64,000 bases of DNA from Phenylobacterium sp. (GCF_030679875.1 NZ_JAUXSP010000006.1:129653-193652), one strand, 5' to 3'; shown: positions 1-9,141, numbered from the stretch's first letter. A program made the numbers and translations. Notes: a model not told the origin generated them from the letters alone.

Positions 1-310
1 CGTCGTCATCGTCATCCGCAGCGGCGACATCTGTGAAGGCCACGCGGATCTGGCCCGGCGAGGCGAGGTCGTCGGTCTGCACGAAGCGGCTGGCGATCAG
101 CCGGTCCCAGGTCTCGACAGCAGCGATCAGACGCTGGCCCTGGGCGCCGTTCAGGACGCTGTAACCGGCGATATTGGGCTCATCGGCCGTGCCGTAGCCG
201 GGCCAGGTCGAACCCTCTCGCGGGATGCTGTAGGTGATGGTCGAGCCACCCCACCACCGGGAGGCGGTGACTAGGCTGGTGACAATACTATTGGCGTCGG
301 GGGCGGCCAT
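1..310 (-). CDS. Partial CDS (N-terminal ~103 aa, continues past window start): putative secreted M10/serralysin-like metalloprotease or related exoprotein
   Basis: Absent from the ORF track because it runs off the edge. Manual minus-strand translation from the ATG at 310-308 gives MAAPDANSIVTSLVTASRWWGGSTITYSIPREGSTWPGYGTADEPNIAGYSVLNGAQGQRLIAAVETWDRLIASRFVQTDDLASPGQIRVAFTDVAAADDDDD with no stop. The ITYS-x-P ... Q...A...W ... F ... IRVAF spacing resembles the N-terminal region of serralysin-type proteases. Family call is from memory only. Confidence 0.4.
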   Translation of the reverse strand, partial: MAAPDANSIVTSLVTASRWWGGSTITYSIPREGSTWPGYGTADEPNIAGYSVLNGAQGQRLIAAVETWDRLIASRFVQTDDLASPGQIRVAFTDVAAADDDDD

Positions 311-354
311 CTACGCTCACACGCTGGAAACAGAACGACTTCAATACCCTAGGT

Positions 355-2427
355 TTGGCCCCAAGCCCGCAACGAATTGCTAACATCCTCGGACTGTCAC
401 CCACATGTGACCCTCCGCCTGACCCCGATGAGGCCCTGATGCCCGACATGCCGCCCCTGGTCGACGAAGTGCAGGTGACCGCGCCAAGGCTGGCGCCGAG
501 TCCGGCGGACCGGGCCTTCGCCATTGTCCGACTGCGTCCCGACGACCTGGCGCAAGCGCCGCGGCTCGATGAGGCGCTACGCTCAGAGCCTGGGGTCGCC
601 CTGTTCCGACGCTCGGGCAGCGAAGTCGCCAACCCCACCATCCAGGGCCTGTCCCTGCGCGCGATCGCCCCCTCCGGCGCCGGCCGCACCCTGGTCACCC
701 TGGACGGCGCGCCGCAGAACGATCCTTTCGGCGGCTGGGTGATCTGGTCTGCCCTGCCGCCCGAAGGCCTGAACGGAGCCCAGATCATCAAGGGTGCGGG
801 CGCAGGGCCCTATGGAGCCGGCGCCCTGACCGGGGTGGTGGCGCTGACGGAGCGTGACCCCGTCGAGGGAGTCTCTGCGCTGGATATCTCGGCGGGATCC
901 CGCGGGACCTACCGGGCGGCGGCGGCGCTGGGTACGGCCAACCTGCTGGCGGTGGTCGCCGGCTCCACCACCGAGGGCTACACCCCGATTCGCGGCCCTG
1001 GCAGTGGCGCTGTCGATGAACCCGCGGGCCTCAACCAGGTCTCAGCCGCCGCCCGCCTGCAGGGCCAGATCGGCGGGGTGCGGGCCGCTTTCCGGCTCGA
1101 CGCTTTCGAGGAGCGCCGCGGCGGCGGGGTGGTCGGCGTCGGGTCAGAGGCCAGCGGCGGTTCAGCGACCCTATCCCTGGCCCAGCCTCAGGCGGCCGGA
1201 TCCGGCGGCTGGCGCGCCCAGGCGTGGCTGCGGAGCAGCGATCTCAAGAATCGTTTTGCGGCCGTAGAGGCCGGCCGGGCCGCCAGCCGGCCCGCCGCCG
1301 AGCAGCTGGCGACCCCAGCCCTGGGCTATGGAATGAACGCGGCCTGGCGGCAGGTCTCGGGCGCCTGGACCTGGGAGCTTGGCGGTGATCTGCGAGTCGC
1401 CGAGGGCGAGACGAGGGAATTCTTCCGCGACCTCGGGGCGGGCTTCACCCGAGGGCGGGTGGCCGGCGGACGGACGACCGTCGGTGGGGCCTATGGCGAG
1501 GCCACCTATGATCGCGCCGGACTGCTGCTGACCGGCGGGGTGCGACTGGACGGCTGGTCGGCCAGGGACGCCCGCCGGATCGAGCGCGACCTGAACGGCG
1601 GCGCCGTCGTTCTCGAGTCCCGAGCCCCGGACGCATCGGGCGCCACGCCCACGGCCCGCATGGGCGCCCGGCTGGACCTGTCGGAGCAGGTCTATCTGCG
1701 CGGCGCGGCCTATTCGGCCTTCCGTCCCCCAACCCTCAATGAGCTGCATCGTCCCTTCCGGGTCGGCAACGACATCACCGAGGCCAATCCCGAGCTTGAA
1801 CCTGAGCGCCTCTATGGCGTGGAAGCCGGGATCGGCGGGGAGGGCGCCTTAGCCTGGTCGGCCAGCCTGTTCTTCAATCGCCTTGAGGAGCCGATCACCA
1901 ACGTGACTATCGGTCGGGGGCCGGGGACCTTCCCCATCGCCGGCTTTGTTCCTGCCGGCGGCGTGCTGCGACAGCGCCAGAATGCAGGCGCGATCGAGGC
2001 TGTGGGACTGGAGGTGTCGGCGGCCGGCGACCTTGGCCCGGTCACGCTGCGCGCTGCGGCCGTCGCCACCCGGGCCGAGGTGGATGGCGGCTCGGCGGCC
2101 CCGCAACTCACAGGCCTGCGTCCGGCCCAGACACCGGAGTTCGCCGCCAGCCTGGGGCTGGACTGGCGGGTGTCGGAGCCCCTGCGGCTATCGGCTGACC
2201 TCCGGCACGAAGGGCCCCGTTTCGAAGACGATCTCAACAGCCGGACCTTGGGGGCCGCCACGACCCTGGACCTCCGGGTCGGCTGGCGTCTGGCGCCGGA
2301 GGCCGAGCTCTATCTGGCGGCGGACAACATCCTTGACGCCGAGATCGAGACCGCGCGGGCCGGGGACGGTCTTCTGACCCTGGGGGCGCCGCGCACCCTG
2401 CGCATCGGCTACGCCCTGCGTCGCTAA
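355..2427 (+). CDS. TonB-dependent receptor (BtuB/CirA-like size), but with no recognisable signal peptide
   Basis: 690-aa ORF. TonB-box-like DEVQVTAPR, plug-domain block GLSLRAIAPSGAGRTLVTLDGAPQNDPFGGWV, and a long Gly/Ala/Arg-rich beta-barrel region. The frame is closed by TGA at 280-282, and the first possible start (TTG 355) is not followed by a hydrophobic leader. The C-terminus ends ...GYALRR rather than an aromatic residue. Confidence 0.7.
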   Translation: MAPSPQRIANILGLSPTCDPPPDPDEALMPDMPPLVDEVQVTAPRLAPSPADRAFAIVRLRPDDLAQAPRLDEALRSEPGVALFRRSGSEVANPTIQGLSLRAIAPSGAGRTLVTLDGAPQNDPFGGWVIWSALPPEGLNGAQIIKGAGAGPYGAGALTGVVALTERDPVEGVSALDISAGSRGTYRAAAALGTANLLAVVAGSTTEGYTPIRGPGSGAVDEPAGLNQVSAAARLQGQIGGVRAAFRLDAFEERRGGGVVGVGSEASGGSATLSLAQPQAAGSGGWRAQAWLRSSDLKNRFAAVEAGRAASRPAAEQLATPALGYGMNAAWRQVSGAWTWELGGDLRVAEGETREFFRDLGAGFTRGRVAGGRTTVGGAYGEATYDRAGLLLTGGVRLDGWSARDARRIERDLNGGAVVLESRAPDASGATPTARMGARLDLSEQVYLRGAAYSAFRPPTLNELHRPFRVGNDITEANPELEPERLYGVEAGIGGEGALAWSASLFFNRLEEPITNVTIGRGPGTFPIAGFVPAGGVLRQRQNAGAIEAVGLEVSAAGDLGPVTLRAAAVATRAEVDGGSAAPQLTGLRPAQTPEFAASLGLDWRVSEPLRLSADLRHEGPRFEDDLNSRTLGAATTLDLRVGWRLAPEAELYLAADNILDAEIETARAGDGLLTLGAPRTLRIGYALRR

Positions 2428-2442
2428 AGCGCTCAAACGCAA

Positions 2443-2470
2443 ATCGCCGAGACCCTTCGGCCTCGGCGAT
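2443..2470. terminator. Stem-loop between convergent genes (probable terminator, mainly for the minus-strand gene)
   Basis: ATCGCCGAG (2443-2451) pairs with CTCGGCGAT (2462-2470). On the minus strand it is followed by TTGCGTTTG. Confidence 0.4.
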
Positions 2471-2501
2471 CATAGTTCCAGCCGTGAGGCTTGGACTGCG
2501 T

Positions 2502-2906
2502 CTAGTTGGCCGGCAGCGTGACGCCGTTGGCCTGCATGGCCACGCCGATGCGGGCGCGTAGTTCGGCGTCGCCCTGGGCGGCCTGGGCGATCTGATTGTA
2601 CTGCTCGGCGCTGATGCCGCTCTTTTCCACGGCCGCAGCCATTTCAGTCGCGGCCTGACGCTGCAGGTCCGTGCGGGCGGTGTCGTCGGTCGCGCCCTGG
2701 ATCTGCGGGGCGTACTTCTGGTTCAGCGTGCTGATCTCGTTCATGGCCAGGGCGAAGCTGTTCACCTGGTCGTCGCTGATCGCCGCGTTCGCCTCGGCGG
2801 CCGGTGGCGCCGCAGCCGGGCCGGGGGCTGTCTGGGCGTGGGCGAGGGAGCCGGCGCCAAGGGCGAGGGCGGCGGCGGCGGCAAACGTGGGGAGGCGATT
2901 GCGCAT
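2502..2906 (-). CDS. Secreted DUF4168-like protein
   Basis: 134 aa. Signal peptide MRNRLPTFAAAAALALGAGSLAHAQ, then two helical repeats with ISDDQVNSFA... and ...GISAEQYNQIAQAAQGDAELRARI, typical of DUF4168. Confidence 0.6.
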   Translation of the reverse strand: MRNRLPTFAAAAALALGAGSLAHAQTAPGPAAAPPAAEANAAISDDQVNSFALAMNEISTLNQKYAPQIQGATDDTARTDLQRQAATEMAAAVEKSGISAEQYNQIAQAAQGDAELRARIGVAMQANGVTLPAN

Positions 2907-3086
2907 GGAAATCCTTTCTTACAGTCACGAATCCGAGGGCGCCCGCAGGCGCCTTTCAGTCCATATGATTCTTATAATGAAGTAATCAGGCGACTAAAGG
3001 GCGGGAAAAAAAACTATAAAAACAATGTATAGTAGCGACGCACCAAGCCTATCTGGCGGGAATTTGTTCGCATACCAGTGGTATTC
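2907..3086. promoter_or_regulatory. Strongly AT-rich intergenic island (likely promoter/nucleoid-protein binding region for the DUF4168 gene)
   Basis: Contains CTTATAATGAAGTAATCAGG, an A8 run (3006-3013) and CTATAAAAACAATGTATAG in an otherwise GC-rich genome. It lies directly upstream of the minus-strand start at 2906. Confidence 0.3.
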
Positions 3087-4136
3087 TTATCGCACCGCAG
3101 GACGGGCTGCGGTCGGAGCCGCCTCCAGAAACCGGATGACCGCCAGTTCGAAGGCGCGCCCATCCCTGGCCTTCAGGGGCAGAACGCCCGTCTCATACGC
3201 CTCCAGCACCCAGGGGTGGATATAGGCCCGGCGGCAGACCGCCGGGGTATTGCCCAGCAATTGGGCCACCGCCTTGACACAGATGGCCACCTGTCGACGG
3301 GCCTCTGTCTCGGAGACAGACGGCTCGCCGCCAGCCAGGGCGCGGGCGGCGGAGACCGTCGCAGCCCAGGTGCGAAAGTCCTTGGCCGAGATCTCCAGGC
3401 CGGTCGCATCCCGCAGATAGGCGTTCACATCGGCCGACTCCACGGCGCGCCGGGCGCCGTCCTCATCCACATACTGAAACAGTCGCTGCCCCGGCAGGTC
3501 CTGGCACGACTTGACCACCCGGGCGAGGCGACGGTCCTGGAAGCCGGTCTCGTGGTCCTTGCCGCTCTTGCCGCGAAAGCTGAACACCGCGCCGCGGCTG
3601 TTGATGCTCGCATGTCGGTCGCGCAGGGTCGTCAGGCCATAACTCCTGTTGGTCCGGGCGTACTCGTCATTGCCGACCCGGATCAGCGTGGTCTCCAGAA
3701 GGCGCACCACGGCGGCCAGGACCTTTTCCCGGGGCAGGCCGCGGCGGGCGAGGTCGCCTTCGACCTGGCGGCGCAGACGGGGCAGGGCCCGCCCGAAAGC
3801 GGTCATCCGCTCGAACTTCGCCAGGTCCCGGGCCATCCGCCAGCCCTCATGGTAGCGGTATTGCCGGCGCCCGCGCTGGTCGCGCCCGACGGCCTGAATA
3901 TGGCCCCGCGGGCTTGAGCAGATCCAGACCTCGGTCCAGGCGGGCGGGATGACCAGGGCCTCGATCCGCGCCAGGGTCGCCTCATCGGTGACCGGCTCGC
4001 CCTTGGAGTTGCGATAGGAAAATCGCCCGGACTCGCCCTTGCGCGCAATGCCGGGATCGTCGGCGTTCACATAGATGAGGCCGAATTCTAGAACCTCGGG
4101 GGGATGGGCGACGTCTTTGGGCATGGCCGGTCTCAA
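3087..4136 (-). CDS. DNA topoisomerase IB (bacterial poxvirus-like type)
   Basis: 349 aa. Blocks FSYRNSKGEPV, IPPAWTEVWIC, RGHIQAVGRDQRGRRQYRYH, FSFRGKSGK and a C-terminal ...CRRAYIHP region (catalytic Tyr context) are characteristic of bacterial TopIB. Confidence 0.85.
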   Translation of the reverse strand: MRPAMPKDVAHPPEVLEFGLIYVNADDPGIARKGESGRFSYRNSKGEPVTDEATLARIEALVIPPAWTEVWICSSPRGHIQAVGRDQRGRRQYRYHEGWRMARDLAKFERMTAFGRALPRLRRQVEGDLARRGLPREKVLAAVVRLLETTLIRVGNDEYARTNRSYGLTTLRDRHASINSRGAVFSFRGKSGKDHETGFQDRRLARVVKSCQDLPGQRLFQYVDEDGARRAVESADVNAYLRDATGLEISAKDFRTWAATVSAARALAGGEPSVSETEARRQVAICVKAVAQLLGNTPAVCRRAYIHPWVLEAYETGVLPLKARDGRAFELAVIRFLEAAPTAARPAVR

Positions 4137-4216
4137 TGCCTCGCGCCGGGGGGTCCGGAGCGGGCGAGCAACGTGCTAGGGGAGCGGCCGGTTCCTCATC
4201 CGCCGCCGAGGTCGAA

Positions 4217-5044
4217 TTGAACTATCGCCACGCCTTCCATGCCGGAAACTTCGCCGATCTGGTCAAGCACGCCGCCCTGCTGCATCTGCTGGCCGCGTTG
4301 CAGGCCGACAAGGCGCCGCTCCGCATCATCGACACCCATGCGGGGTCTGGCCTCTATGACCTGCGTGGACCTCAGGCTCAGCGGTCTGGCGAGGCGCAGG
4401 CCGGGGTCATGCGGATGATGGGCGCGGGAGACCGGCCCGAGGCGCTCGATGATCTGGTGCGAGCCGTCACGGCGGCCAATGACGGCGCCGGTGAGCCCTG
4501 GCTCTATCCCGGCTCGCCCTGGCTGATCGCCCAGGCGCTGCGGCCAGCCGACACCTACCTGGCCTGCGAAATGCAAGCTGAGGAGCAGGCGCGATTGGCG
4601 CAGGTTGTGGGCGCCATGCCGGGGGTCCGGACCCTTTGCGGCGACGGCTTCGCTGAGGCCGCTCAGGTCTTGGACGCCAAGGCGCGCCAACTGGTGCTGA
4701 TCGACCCGCCATTCGAGAAGGCCGACGACTACGACCGGATCGCCGTCCTGGCCGGCGAGACCCTGGCCCGCTCACCGAAGACGCACTTTCTGATCTGGCT
4801 GCCCTTGAAGGATCTGGAGACCTTCGACGGCTTCCTGCGCGACCTGGAGGACGCCTGCGAGCCAGCGCCCCTGCTGGTGGTCGAGGCCAGGATGCGCCCC
4901 CTGGGCGATCCCATGAAAATGAACGGCTGCGCCCTGGTGCTGATCAATCCGCCCGACGGCCTGGAGGCGCCGCTGCAGGCCGCGGCCGACTGGGTGACAG
5001 CCGTCGAACCCGGCGGACAGGCCCGGGTCTGGGCCTTGGGTTGA
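4217..5044 (+). CDS. rlmJ: 23S rRNA (adenine2030-N6)-methyltransferase
   Basis: LNYRHAFHAGNFADLVKHAALLHLL matches the RlmJ N-terminus (E. coli starts MLSYRHSFHAGN). DPPFE motif present. I chose the TTG at 4217 as start, giving ~275 aa, the family length. The ORF-track start at 4136 adds an implausible Gly/Ala/Arg extension. Confidence 0.85.
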   Translation: MNYRHAFHAGNFADLVKHAALLHLLAALQADKAPLRIIDTHAGSGLYDLRGPQAQRSGEAQAGVMRMMGAGDRPEALDDLVRAVTAANDGAGEPWLYPGSPWLIAQALRPADTYLACEMQAEEQARLAQVVGAMPGVRTLCGDGFAEAAQVLDAKARQLVLIDPPFEKADDYDRIAVLAGETLARSPKTHFLIWLPLKDLETFDGFLRDLEDACEPAPLLVVEARMRPLGDPMKMNGCALVLINPPDGLEAPLQAAADWVTAVEPGGQARVWALG

Positions 5045-5103
5045 GCCCGGCTGGCGCGCAGGGCTCCGGCGCGATAAGCCAGGGACGACCGATCGGAGGA
5101 GGC

Positions 5104-5676
5104 GTGGACGTCTTGATCAAGCGTCTGTTCGATATGGCCGGGGCCCTTGCGGGGCTCCTCGTCCTGTGGCCCGTCCTGCTGATCATCGCCGTGGCGGTGC
5201 GCCTGGATTCGCCAGGTCCGGCCATCCACTGGTCGCGGCGGGTGGGGCGGGACAATGAGATCTTCCTGATGCCCAAGTTCCGCTCCATGCGGATCGACAC
5301 CCCAGACATCGCGACGCATTTGTTGGAGGATCCGCAGCAGTGGATCACGCCCCTGGGGCGCGTTCTTCGGCGGACCAGCCTGGATGAGTTTCCTCAGCTC
5401 TGGAGCGTGCTGGTCGGTCAGATGAGCCTGGTGGGGCCGCGCCCGGCCCTGTTCAACCAGGACGATCTGGTCGCCCTGCGCACCGAGGCCGGCGTCCATC
5501 GCCTGCGGCCCGGGGTCACGGGCTGGGCGCAGATCAATGGCCGCGATGACCTGCCCATCGCCGACAAGGTGCGCCTGGACGCCGAGTATGACTCCCGCCA
5601 GAGCCTGGCCTTCGACATCCGGATTATCCTGGTCACCCTGCGCGCCGCGGTTGCAGCCCGTGGGGTTTCGCACTGA
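5104..5676 (+). CDS. Small monotopic phosphoglycosyl transferase (bacterial sugar transferase, PglC/WbaP C-terminal type)
   Basis: KRLFDMAGALAGLLVLWPVLLIIAVAVRLDSPGPAIHWSRRVG...FLMPKFRSM...DEFPQLWSVLVGQMSLVGPRP is the canonical family signature. GTG at 5104 is preceded by GGAGGAGG (5094-5101). Confidence 0.85.
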   Translation: MDVLIKRLFDMAGALAGLLVLWPVLLIIAVAVRLDSPGPAIHWSRRVGRDNEIFLMPKFRSMRIDTPDIATHLLEDPQQWITPLGRVLRRTSLDEFPQLWSVLVGQMSLVGPRPALFNQDDLVALRTEAGVHRLRPGVTGWAQINGRDDLPIADKVRLDAEYDSRQSLAFDIRIILVTLRAAVAARGVSH

Positions 5677-5729
5677 GGGGAGACAAGTCCGGACTTCGCG
5701 CGTTGTGATGGACGCAACTGGAGCTCCCC

Positions 5730-7817
5730 TTGCCCCAATTTTCCAGAGACCTGTCCCGGCGTGTCGCCGCCCTTCGCCCCTGGGCCGCCCAGCGCCGAGA
5801 GAGGGTGAGCGCCTGGACGGCCCGCGCCCGCGCCCGGAGCGCCACCCCGGAAGCCCGGCAGGGCTACCGCAGAACGGCCTTGTGGAGCGGCGGCGTGGTC
5901 GGCGCGGTGATCCTGGCGCTGGGTCTCTTCCTGCTGTTGTTCGACTGGAACCTGCTGCGCGGTCCCATAGGAGCCTTCGCCTCGGCGCGTCTGGGACGTG
6001 AGGTGGTTCTAGCTGGCGACCTGGAGGCCAAGCCCTGGTCGCTGCGGCCCCAGGCGACGGTCAATGGCCTGAGCATCGGCGATCCAGAGTGGGCGGGGGA
6101 CGGCAAGACCCTCGAGATCGAGCGCCTGACTGTCCAGATGGAGCTCCTGCCCCTGTTTCGAGGCCGCACCATCCTGACGCGCCTGGAGCTGACCCGGCCT
6201 GTGGCCCGGCTGCGTCGGGACGGCGAGGGGCGGGCGACCTGGGATTTCTCGAGACCCGGCGCCAAGGACGAGCCCGTCGATCTGCCGGCCATCCGTCGGT
6301 TCATCATCGACGGCGGCCAGCTCGAAGTCATCGATGACCAGCGGGACCTGCGGTTCTCCGGCGGCGTGGAAGCCCAGGAAGTCCGCGGCGGCGACGCCGG
6401 CTTTTCCCTTACCGGCGACGGTGAACTGAATGGCGAAGTCTTCCGGCTGCGGGTCAATGGCGGCCCGTTGATCAATGTGAACCCCGACGAGCCCTATCCC
6501 TTTGACGTGGACATCCGCGCCGGGGCGACCCAGGTGACCGCCAAGGGCGCGTTGCCGGAGCCCTTTGACTTTGGTCGTTTCGGACTCGATCTGACCGCCG
6601 AAGGCCCCGACCTGTCGCGCCTCTACGCCATCACGGGCCTGGCCCTGCCCAATACGCCGCCCTACCGGCTGTCTGGTCGCCTGGTGAGAGAGGGACAGAT
6701 CTACCGCCTGGACGATCTGGGCGGACGCCTGGGCGACAGCGACCTTTCGGGCAGCCTGCGGGTCGACGTGTCGGACGACCGGCCTTTCCTGTCGGCGGAC
6801 CTGAGCTCCCGCCGCCTCGACCTGGACGACCTGGCCACCTTATTCGGCGGGGCGCCGTCAGTGGGCGCGGGGGAGACCGCCTCAGAGCCCCAGAAGGAGA
6901 TGGCGCGGCGCCTTCGCGCCGAGCAGCGGCTGTTCCCCGACGCGACCCTGCAGGTCGATCGTATCCGCTCCATGGACGCTGAGCTGACCTACCGCGCTGA
7001 GGCCATTGAGGCGCCGAACCTGCCCCTGCGCGGCGCCAGGGTGCATCTGACCCTCAAGGACGGCTTCCTTGACGCCGACGAGGTGGTCTTCTCCCTGCCT
7101 CAGGGTGCGTTCGCAGGCCGCATCTCTCTGGACGCCCGCCCCGATGTGCCGATCACCGATCTGGACATGCGGCTCACCCGCGCCCGGCTTGAACAGTTGC
7201 TGCCCGCCGCGGAGGGCGGTGTCGCGCCCCTGTCTGGCGATCTGCTGGGCCGGGTGCAGCTGCGCGGCGCCGGAGCCTCGGTCCACCGGGCCTTCGCCAA
7301 CGCCGAGGGCGAGGCCTTGCTGGTGGTTCCCCAGGGGGAAATCCGCGAGGCCTTCGCCGAGCTGATCGGCATCAACGTGACCCGGGGGCTGGGTCTCCTG
7401 CTCACCGATGACCAGTCGCGCACCCCGGTGCGATGCGCTGTGGCGCACTTCAAGGGGACCAAGGGCGTCCTGCGCGCCGACCACATCGTCTTCGACACGG
7501 GACCGGTCTTGGGTCGCGGAGAGGGTGAGATCGATCTGGGCCGCGAGCGGATCGACTTCCGCCTGGACGGCGAACCCAAGGAGCCCCGGCTGATCCGTCT
7601 GATGGCCCCGGTGACCGTCAGCGGCCCGATGCTGTCGCCCGAGGTGGGCGTTGAGGCGGCCGGCGCCATCGTCCAGGGCGGACTGGCTGTGGCGCTGGGG
7701 GTCGTGGCCGCCCCCTTGGCCGCCCTGCTGCCCTTCATCGATCCGGGGCTCGCAGAGGACGCCGCCTGCGGGGCTCTGATCTCGGAGGCCCGTCGCGCCG
7801 GCGCGCCGGCCAATTGA
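5730..7817 (+). CDS. AsmA-family outer-membrane assembly / lipid transport-like protein
   Basis: 695 aa. An N-terminal anchor (VVGAVILALGLFLLLF) is followed by a long beta-rich periplasmic region with the repeated L.G.L......DL..R... pattern typical of AsmA/AsmA_2 domains. Confidence 0.65.
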   Translation: MPQFSRDLSRRVAALRPWAAQRRERVSAWTARARARSATPEARQGYRRTALWSGGVVGAVILALGLFLLLFDWNLLRGPIGAFASARLGREVVLAGDLEAKPWSLRPQATVNGLSIGDPEWAGDGKTLEIERLTVQMELLPLFRGRTILTRLELTRPVARLRRDGEGRATWDFSRPGAKDEPVDLPAIRRFIIDGGQLEVIDDQRDLRFSGGVEAQEVRGGDAGFSLTGDGELNGEVFRLRVNGGPLINVNPDEPYPFDVDIRAGATQVTAKGALPEPFDFGRFGLDLTAEGPDLSRLYAITGLALPNTPPYRLSGRLVREGQIYRLDDLGGRLGDSDLSGSLRVDVSDDRPFLSADLSSRRLDLDDLATLFGGAPSVGAGETASEPQKEMARRLRAEQRLFPDATLQVDRIRSMDAELTYRAEAIEAPNLPLRGARVHLTLKDGFLDADEVVFSLPQGAFAGRISLDARPDVPITDLDMRLTRARLEQLLPAAEGGVAPLSGDLLGRVQLRGAGASVHRAFANAEGEALLVVPQGEIREAFAELIGINVTRGLGLLLTDDQSRTPVRCAVAHFKGTKGVLRADHIVFDTGPVLGRGEGEIDLGRERIDFRLDGEPKEPRLIRLMAPVTVSGPMLSPEVGVEAAGAIVQGGLAVALGVVAAPLAALLPFIDPGLAEDAACGALISEARRAGAPAN

Positions 7818-7872
7818 CGCCAACCCGGACAGGCCGCAACACTCGGCTCCAGTTCACTGTCGGAAACAATTC

Positions 7873-8349
7873 ATGACGAAGACATCGGCTGGCCTTGCCG
7901 CCGCACTGGCTCTAGCCACGGGCGCGCTGCTCGCGGGGGCTTCCCCGGCTGTGGCCGAAAGCGCGGCGGAGCGGGCGGTGGCCGCCCGTCAAGCCGGATT
8001 CAAGCAGATCGGCGCGGCCTTCAAGGGCGTGAACGACGAGCTGCGGGCCCGCAAGCCCGACCTCGCCGTGGTGGCCGCCGCTGCGGCGCGGCTGGAGGGC
8101 CACGCCACTCAACTTCCGACCTGGTTCCCCCGCGGCAGCGGGCCTGAGTCGGGCGCAGAGACCGGGGCTCGGGCGGCGGTATGGAGCGATGCGGCGGGAT
8201 TCGCTGACGCCGCAGCCAATCTCCGAACTCAGACCCAGCGGCTGAACGTCCTGGCCCGGGAGGGTGATCTCGCCGCCCTACGCAAGCAGGCCGGCCAGGT
8301 CGCCGCCGCCTGCAAGACCTGCCACACCGCCTATCGCGAAGAGGACTAG
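7873..8349 (+). CDS. Cytochrome c' (class II c-type cytochrome)
   Basis: 158 aa. Signal peptide, four-helix-bundle-like sequence, and a single heme motif CKTCH six residues from the C-terminus, the hallmark of class II cytochromes c. Confidence 0.8.
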   Translation: MTKTSAGLAAALALATGALLAGASPAVAESAAERAVAARQAGFKQIGAAFKGVNDELRARKPDLAVVAAAAARLEGHATQLPTWFPRGSGPESGAETGARAAVWSDAAGFADAAANLRTQTQRLNVLAREGDLAALRKQAGQVAAACKTCHTAYREED

Positions 8350-8381
8350 GCCGGCGACCACGGCCGAGAGCCGTCGAATGA

Positions 8382-8409
8382 CCCCGTCGCCTGATGGCGA
8401 CGGGGTTTT
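8382..8409 (+). terminator. Rho-independent terminator after cytochrome c'
   Basis: CCCCGTCGCC (8382-8391), loop TGAT, GGCGACGGGG (8396-8405), then TTTT (8406-8409). Confidence 0.7.
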
Positions 8410-8432
8410 CGCATCAGTTAAGCCTGAAGCCC

Positions 8433-8771
8433 TTAGCCGATCGAGCGGTCAGCGGCCTCGCGCAGGCAGCCCAGCCAGGCGTCTTCGCGGGCCTTTTCGG
8501 CGGCGCGGAGCTTCTCCTCAGCCTCCTGGACGCCGGCGTCATGCTTGCGCCATTCGGACACGGCCCCTTCACGGGCGGCCCGGGCGGCTTCCATGGTCGG
8601 GAAGCGGGCGAGGACGGCGCGGACGGAATAGCTGACCGGCGGCCCCACCGTCTCCCGGTCGGGATAGAAACCCGTCACCGAGTCCCCGGCTTCCTTTTCG
8701 ATGTGGAAGACGTCGGCCCAACCGGCGTGATGGCGCATCAGGGCCCAGGGCCGTTCGATCTGGTCGGTCAT
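8433..8771 (-). CDS. Hypothetical protein (~112 aa)
   Basis: ORF with ATG at 8771-8769 (MTDQIERPWALMRHHAGWADVFHIEKE...). The coding-like composition ends in a charged helical tail. I recognise no family. The upstream part of the 158-aa ORF-track model looks non-coding. Confidence 0.4.
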   Translation of the reverse strand: MTDQIERPWALMRHHAGWADVFHIEKEAGDSVTGFYPDRETVGPPVSYSVRAVLARFPTMEAARAAREGAVSEWRKHDAGVQEAEEKLRAAEKAREDAWLGCLREAADRSIG

Positions 8772-9141
8772 CAGGCACTCCTCGAGTTCGGTGGCGGGAA
8801 AATAGCGCAGTAACGAGCCGGTCTCCAATCGCATCCGCAAAGGAATTGCAAGGCGCGCGGCGCTGGGTCTCGATGATGGCGCCCGAACGACCCTGTGATC
8901 GGGGCGCAAGGGCGCGCAATCGCTTCATTGTGATCCGGCGCTCAGCCGACCGTCAGGGGCGGCTTTGGGGCGATTGAGGGGCTCCTGAAGCCGCAACTTG
9001 GAAGATCATTTCAATTCCGGTGCTTCTGCCCCATCGACAAGGGCTGTTCTTGCCGGGTAAATGCGCGGTTCAAACGTGCGTCCGGAACGGCCCTTTTGGG
9101 CCGCGTGGACGCACGCCCGTAGCAAGTGGAAGGGAGTCCGT

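Noticed and set aside
311-354. Cobalamin riboswitch upstream of the BtuB-sized TonB receptor
   Set aside because: Only about 45 nt of non-coding sequence is available, far too short for a ~200-nt B12 element, and no B12-box-like sequence was seen.
4136-4216. ATG at 4136 as the rlmJ start, sharing a base with the divergent TopIB start
   Set aside because: The 27 added residues (MPRAGGSGAGEQRARGAAGSSSAAEVE) are non-homologous filler. RlmJ family proteins begin right at the (M)L-x-YRH motif, so the TTG at 4217 was preferred, though this is not proven.
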